Below, one piece after another: positions 59,842 through 64,000 of a stretch of 64,000 bases of DNA. The position numbers and the translations under genes are program-made. The notes under the pieces are model-generated. The model was given only the letters and a program-made list of their open reading frames with translations. It was not told the DNA's origin and did no database searches. Every line of letters starts with the position of its first letter. Positions within the stretch are counted from its first letter, which is position 1. The DNA lies in NCBI GenBank assembly GCA_033442325.1, contig JAWQFM010000010.1:292930-356929 (forward strand), given 5' to 3'. The DNA comes from Salpingoeca rosetta. Its lineage: Eukaryota > Protista > Choanoflagellata.

Positions 59842-61015
59842 GTGTGCGTGCGCGATTGTGTCTGTGTACGTATGTGTGTTTGCGTGTGTTTGTGTGTGTT
59901 TGTGCGTGCGCGTAACGCGTACGTACGTGTCTGTGTGTGTGCACGCATCTGCCTCTATCTGTGTCGCTCGGTGTCGTGTCACTGCGTGTGCTCGCCTCAC
60001 CAACATTACCTTCCCCCCACATCATCGAACACTACCCCCCCCCCGGCCGTGCAGAGGTGAGCAAGCTGTCGCTTGAGGAGGCGCGGGAAGTTGCATCCAA
60101 TCTGCGCCCACCAGCCCTGCTCGACGGCTTTATGGAGAAGAAGGGCGAACAGCGGTCAGTAGCCTGTGTCTGTTGAGTCTGTGTTGTGTGTCTGTGAGTC
60201 TGTGTGTGTGTCTGTCGGCGTGTTTGTGTTTTTGATGTGTCTGTGCCTGTGTGCGTGTGTGTATGTGTGTGCATATATGTGTGTGTGTCTTGTCTACCTT
60301 CTGTGTCTGTGTCTGCATGTTGTGTCACACACGCGCGCGCGCTTTCTCGCTGCCTCTGTCGTGCTGCCCCTGTGTACATGTGTACACGTACGCACACATT
60401 TGGCCGCTGTGCTTCCCCGCATCACGATCCAACCCCTCAATCTTCACTACGAAGATGATGTGCAGTGGCGCTGTGTGACATTATGGCTCATGCCACTGTA
60501 CCCCCTGCTCGTAAATGTTGACGTGTGGCAGGAAAAACTGGAAGGTGCGGTGGTTTGAGCTGCGTGAATCTCGCCTCGACTACTTCAAACACCCGGCAGA
60601 CAGCGCCCCAAAAGGTGAGGCACGCGTGCGAAGGAGGCCGTGAGTTGTGCCGGTGATAGTGATGGCGATGTTTGTGGTGGATGTGTCTCTGCTGACCCCA
60701 CTCTGCTCTCTTCTGCGACAAGAATCAAACACACACACACACACATACCCACGACACACATACACATACACACGTCATACACGACACACAGGGTCGATTA
60801 TGCTTCGTGACAGCGCAGTTGCTGTCAACACAGACACAAGCGAAAGCACCAGCACTGCGCAGGGCCTCGTCTTCCTCGAAATCTCCCCCGTCTCATCCTC
60901 ACGCACATACAGGTTCGTGTGTGTGTGTGTGTGCGTGTGTGTTTGTGTTTGTTTGTTTGTGTGCCTGTGTGTTTGTGTGCTTGTGTGTGCCTGTGTGTTT
61001 GTATCTGTATCCGTG

Positions 61016-61053
<38 letters not shown>

Positions 61054-61088
61054 GACCCCTTCCCATTGTACCATTGCATGAGCTGACA

Positions 61089-61158
<70 letters not shown>

Positions 61159-61690
61159 AACGAACAACCAAACAACCAAACACCCGCCCGTGTGCAGGCT
61201 GCGTGGTCCGCGTGCTGTGATGGAACAGTGGGAGAAGGAGCTTCGCCGCTGCATCAGCGCCCTCAAGCACCGCAAGTCCAAGTATCGCGCCGGTCCCATG
61301 ATCCAGGACGGCGTGGGCCTGTCTGCTGATGAACTGCGCGCACCGGAAGCAGCGTCCTCCGCGTCGTCTGCAGCGCAAAGGGGCGGGGCACGGCGAGCAC
61401 CGGGCCCGCTGATTGCAGACGGCAAGGTTGTGGATCTCCCTGATGGTGGGCAGACTCGGCAGGTGCAGGTGGTGGCAGACGACAGGACGCACATGATTCG
61501 GGAGCGCGAGGCTGCCGTGAAGGACATGCACGAGACAATGCAGACAGTCAACTCCATGATGCAGGACATGGCTGCGCTGGTCAGTGATCAGGGCGACCAG
61601 CTTGATGCAATTGAGCAGAGCGCAAACGCCATGGGGGATTACGTGGATGCCGGTGTGGGCGAGCTCAGAGAGGCACTCAGACGCACGTGA
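58952..61690 (+). CDS. Tandem PH-domain protein with C-terminal syntaxin-type (Qa) SNARE motif, no TM anchor
   Basis: Exons 58952-59016, 59252-59363, 59578-59758, 60055-60154, 60532-60614, 60792-60912 and 61198-61690 are all GT-AG and in phase. PH1: [44 protein letters not shown]2: [43 protein letters not shown]: [64 protein letters not shown]. Confidence 0.9.
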
Positions 61691-62117
61691 CGCCCTGCGA
61701 ACTATTACGCGCATCGGCATGTATGGATGGCTGCATTGCGCCTGTACCTGCATGAGCATCTGGCGCTATCGTCTCCCTGTTGCTTCCCCCCCCCCTTCCT
61801 TCTCTTTCTCTGCCTTATCCTCTGTGTCTGCGCTTCGCTGTTGTGGCGCCTGCCCGTGCCGGTGCTGCTACCTGCTCTGCTTCCCTTCTGCCACGTCACG
61901 TTGACGCCTGTTGCTCCACTCTCTGCTCTGTTGTGTTTGTGTGCTTCGTAGAGGGCGCACCTTGTGGATCGTTTGCCCTGTGCTTGTACACCCTGTTCCT
62001 TTTATAGCACTGGCGCCCTTTGCATTGACCGCTACACTTTGTTCCATTGACGCCCCTGTCTTGTTTCGGATCATTTGGACGGCGGGCGTTGGCCGAGCAC
62101 TTCTACTACTCTGCGCT

Positions 62118-62208
<91 letters not shown>

Positions 62209-63184
62209 GTGTGCGTGTGTGTGTTTGGCAACAGTCACCTTTCTCCGAATGAAGCTGTTTCACGACGTCGTAGCGCATCGAACGCGGTCAGGCAATACAA
62301 AGCCCGAGTCTTTCCGTCTGTGACATGTACGTTCTGCTGCTGTTGGTTTTATTGACAAAGTTAAAGCTGGGGCGCGCTTGCTTCGACTCAACACACACAT
62401 GCAGAAGCACATGCATGTGCATCGGCGACAAGCACTATAAATCAACCACAAGAGAACAACCAAGCTGCATGCAAGCAGCACACAAACAAGCGTGTCCTCA
62501 AGTGGCATGAAACACGAGACAAAAAAAAAAACAAAGGAAAGAGGCACAACCAGCAGCACGGCTCTTGTCTGCAGGTGCTCGCTCATCATACCACCATGCG
62601 CCTGCGGCTGTGTCAGCGCACTCAACAGAATGTGGCGGTGAACTCAAGCGGCGAGCAGCAGCAGCACAGGTATGAGTGGCGGAGCAACAGCCACAGACAG
62701 AGCGAAAGGAAGGAGGGGAAAGGGGACACGGGGGAATAGCACGAGACTTTCTGATGCAAAGGACTGGCCTTGAGTGCAGTGCCAAGCGAGTACAACAAAG
62801 AGCAGAGCCCACGATGCGTTGACTCTTCCGCTCATGTGCTTTCACATGCCGACACAAAGAAAGACATAGAGGGGGGGGGGACGGGAGGATGGGGGAGAGA
62901 CAGGGGAGGTGGAGAGATGGAGGGATTCACAAGAGTGTGCGAGGGGAAGAGAAGAAGAGAGTGAGACTTGGGAGATGTACACGAAGAGTGCGCAAGGGTG
63001 AGAGAGAGGGGAGATGGAGAGATGCACAAGAGTGTGCGCAAGGGGCGGGAGAAAGAGAAGGGGGGATTGGGAGGTGCACACGAAGAGTGCACACTCAAAA
63101 CAAGAGATGAGGAGTGCACAGGCGTCAAGGAAAACGACGAGCACAACCCCAAAAGAGCGAAGATCCTAGGATCGTGGCTCGACC

Positions 63185-64000
63185 TCAATGAGCAGGGGCA
63201 CGGCGATGGTAAGTGCGCAATGTGTTTGCCATGTGGGCGCAATGCCAGTTGTAGAGAACTTGGATGGTGTCAAAATCAATTCCAACGGACCGCATCTCGT
63301 CACATGCAAGGATCCAGACGTGGGACGCGAGGGGGAAAGCCGGGTGGTCACGCACGCAGTCCACGTTCAGCAGATTAAGATATCTGCACTGGAAGACGGC
63401 GTAGGAGTCAGTAGGATGCTGCGCGCTGACGGTGCGCAGGAACAGGGAACCTTTCACATCAAAGAGAGGGGCAAGGGTGATGACGTCCACATTTTCCAGG
63501 ATGACGTCGTGGGCGTGCGCGAGGGGCTGCAGGTCGATGACGGTGTTGTCAAGGTCTTTGATGTGCACCTGTTGCACATTCTCAAGCGCTGGGATGGCAA
63601 ACTGGACGGGTCCACGGCCGGCGTTGTTCGCCCTTGGGCCTTGTTGGGCGGTGTTGGGTGCGATGACAACGGTGTCGACAAAGCGGATGGTGCCCTCAAT
63701 GTGCCTCTGGTCGTGGGACACGTGCCAGTGGATGTGCTCGATGTTCTCAAAATCGACGGCGTCGATGCTCGCCTGGGCGTGAATGACGAGGTTGGTGATG
63801 TTGCGGAGTCGGAGTCGCGGCATGGGCTCGGTCACCAGCACCACCAGCTCATTGCACAGGGGGTAGCCAAGGGCCCTGTGGAGGCGAGAGAAGTCGTCGA
63901 GTTCTCTTGGCAGGGCCAGTACCCCCAGCCTGAAATCGCGCGTCTGCAGTGACATCAGCTCGAGAGGCTGCGCCTCGTCTTCTTCCAGGGGACGCTCCTG
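63185..64000 (-). CDS. Hypothetical protein with degenerate LRR-like repeats, 5' end outside window
   Basis: Open frame from the window edge to TGA 63185-63187, with coding-like codon usage. Repeats include LENVQQVHIKDL, DLQPLAHAHDVILENV and TLAPLFDV. Confidence 0.55.
   Translation of the reverse strand, partial: QERPLEEDEAQPLELMSLQTRDFRLGVLALPRELDDFSRLHRALGYPLCNELVVLVTEPMPRLRLRNITNLVIHAQASIDAVDFENIEHIHWHVSHDQRHIEGTIRFVDTVVIAPNTAQQGPRANNAGRGPVQFAIPALENVQQVHIKDLDNTVIDLQPLAHAHDVILENVDVITLAPLFDVKGSLFLRTVSAQHPTDSYAVFQCRYLNLLNVDCVRDHPAFPLASHVWILACDEMRSVGIDFDTIQVLYNWHCAHMANTLRTYHRRAPAH

Noticed and set aside
62905-63125. Purine-rich imperfect ~45-95 bp repeats (cacaagagtgtgcg..ggagatg)
   Set aside because: Degenerate tandem repeat in a 3'/intergenic region, with no terminal repeats, target-site duplication or coding signal.

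Overview
This is an intron-rich eukaryotic scaffold with GC-rich exons, (CA)n/(GT)n tracts in nearly every intron, and four N-gaps. That style and the gene content suggest a choanoflagellate such as Salpingoeca rosetta (inference; no search run). Most ORF-track entries are microsatellite or antisense noise, so I rebuilt the genes by hand from GT-AG exons. Left to right: an EGFR/insulin-receptor-like L-domain + furin-like Cys-rich secreted/receptor gene (-, runs off the left edge); MSH4 (-); an intronless secreted L-domain-repeat protein (-); a protein with dispersed PPR-like motifs (-) head-to-head with an F-box-like gene (+); a Kelch/Cys-rich/EGF/TM/TKL receptor kinase (-) with a PUS1 fragment inside one intron; a secreted DUF2237 protein (+); PRCP/S28 peptidase (-); SPT4 (+); a ubiquitin-like-domain gene (-); DNA polymerase epsilon catalytic subunit (+); GLRX3 (-); a DPB3/CHRAC1-type histone-fold gene (-); a PH-PH-Qa-SNARE gene (+); and an LRR-like gene (-, partial). 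The best novelty candidate is the tandem-PH / syntaxin-type SNARE protein, which lacks both the Habc domain and a transmembrane anchor. Next are the EGFR/InsR-like ectodomain, the Kelch receptor kinase with DFT and a very large activation-loop insert, and cubilin-N-like repeats in the secreted L-repeat protein. Several anomalies look like assembly errors at microsatellites: about 310 aa missing from Pol epsilon, the nested PUS1 piece, a missing GLRX3 linker exon and duplicated blocks. I recognised no CRISPR array, tRNA, rRNA or transposon.
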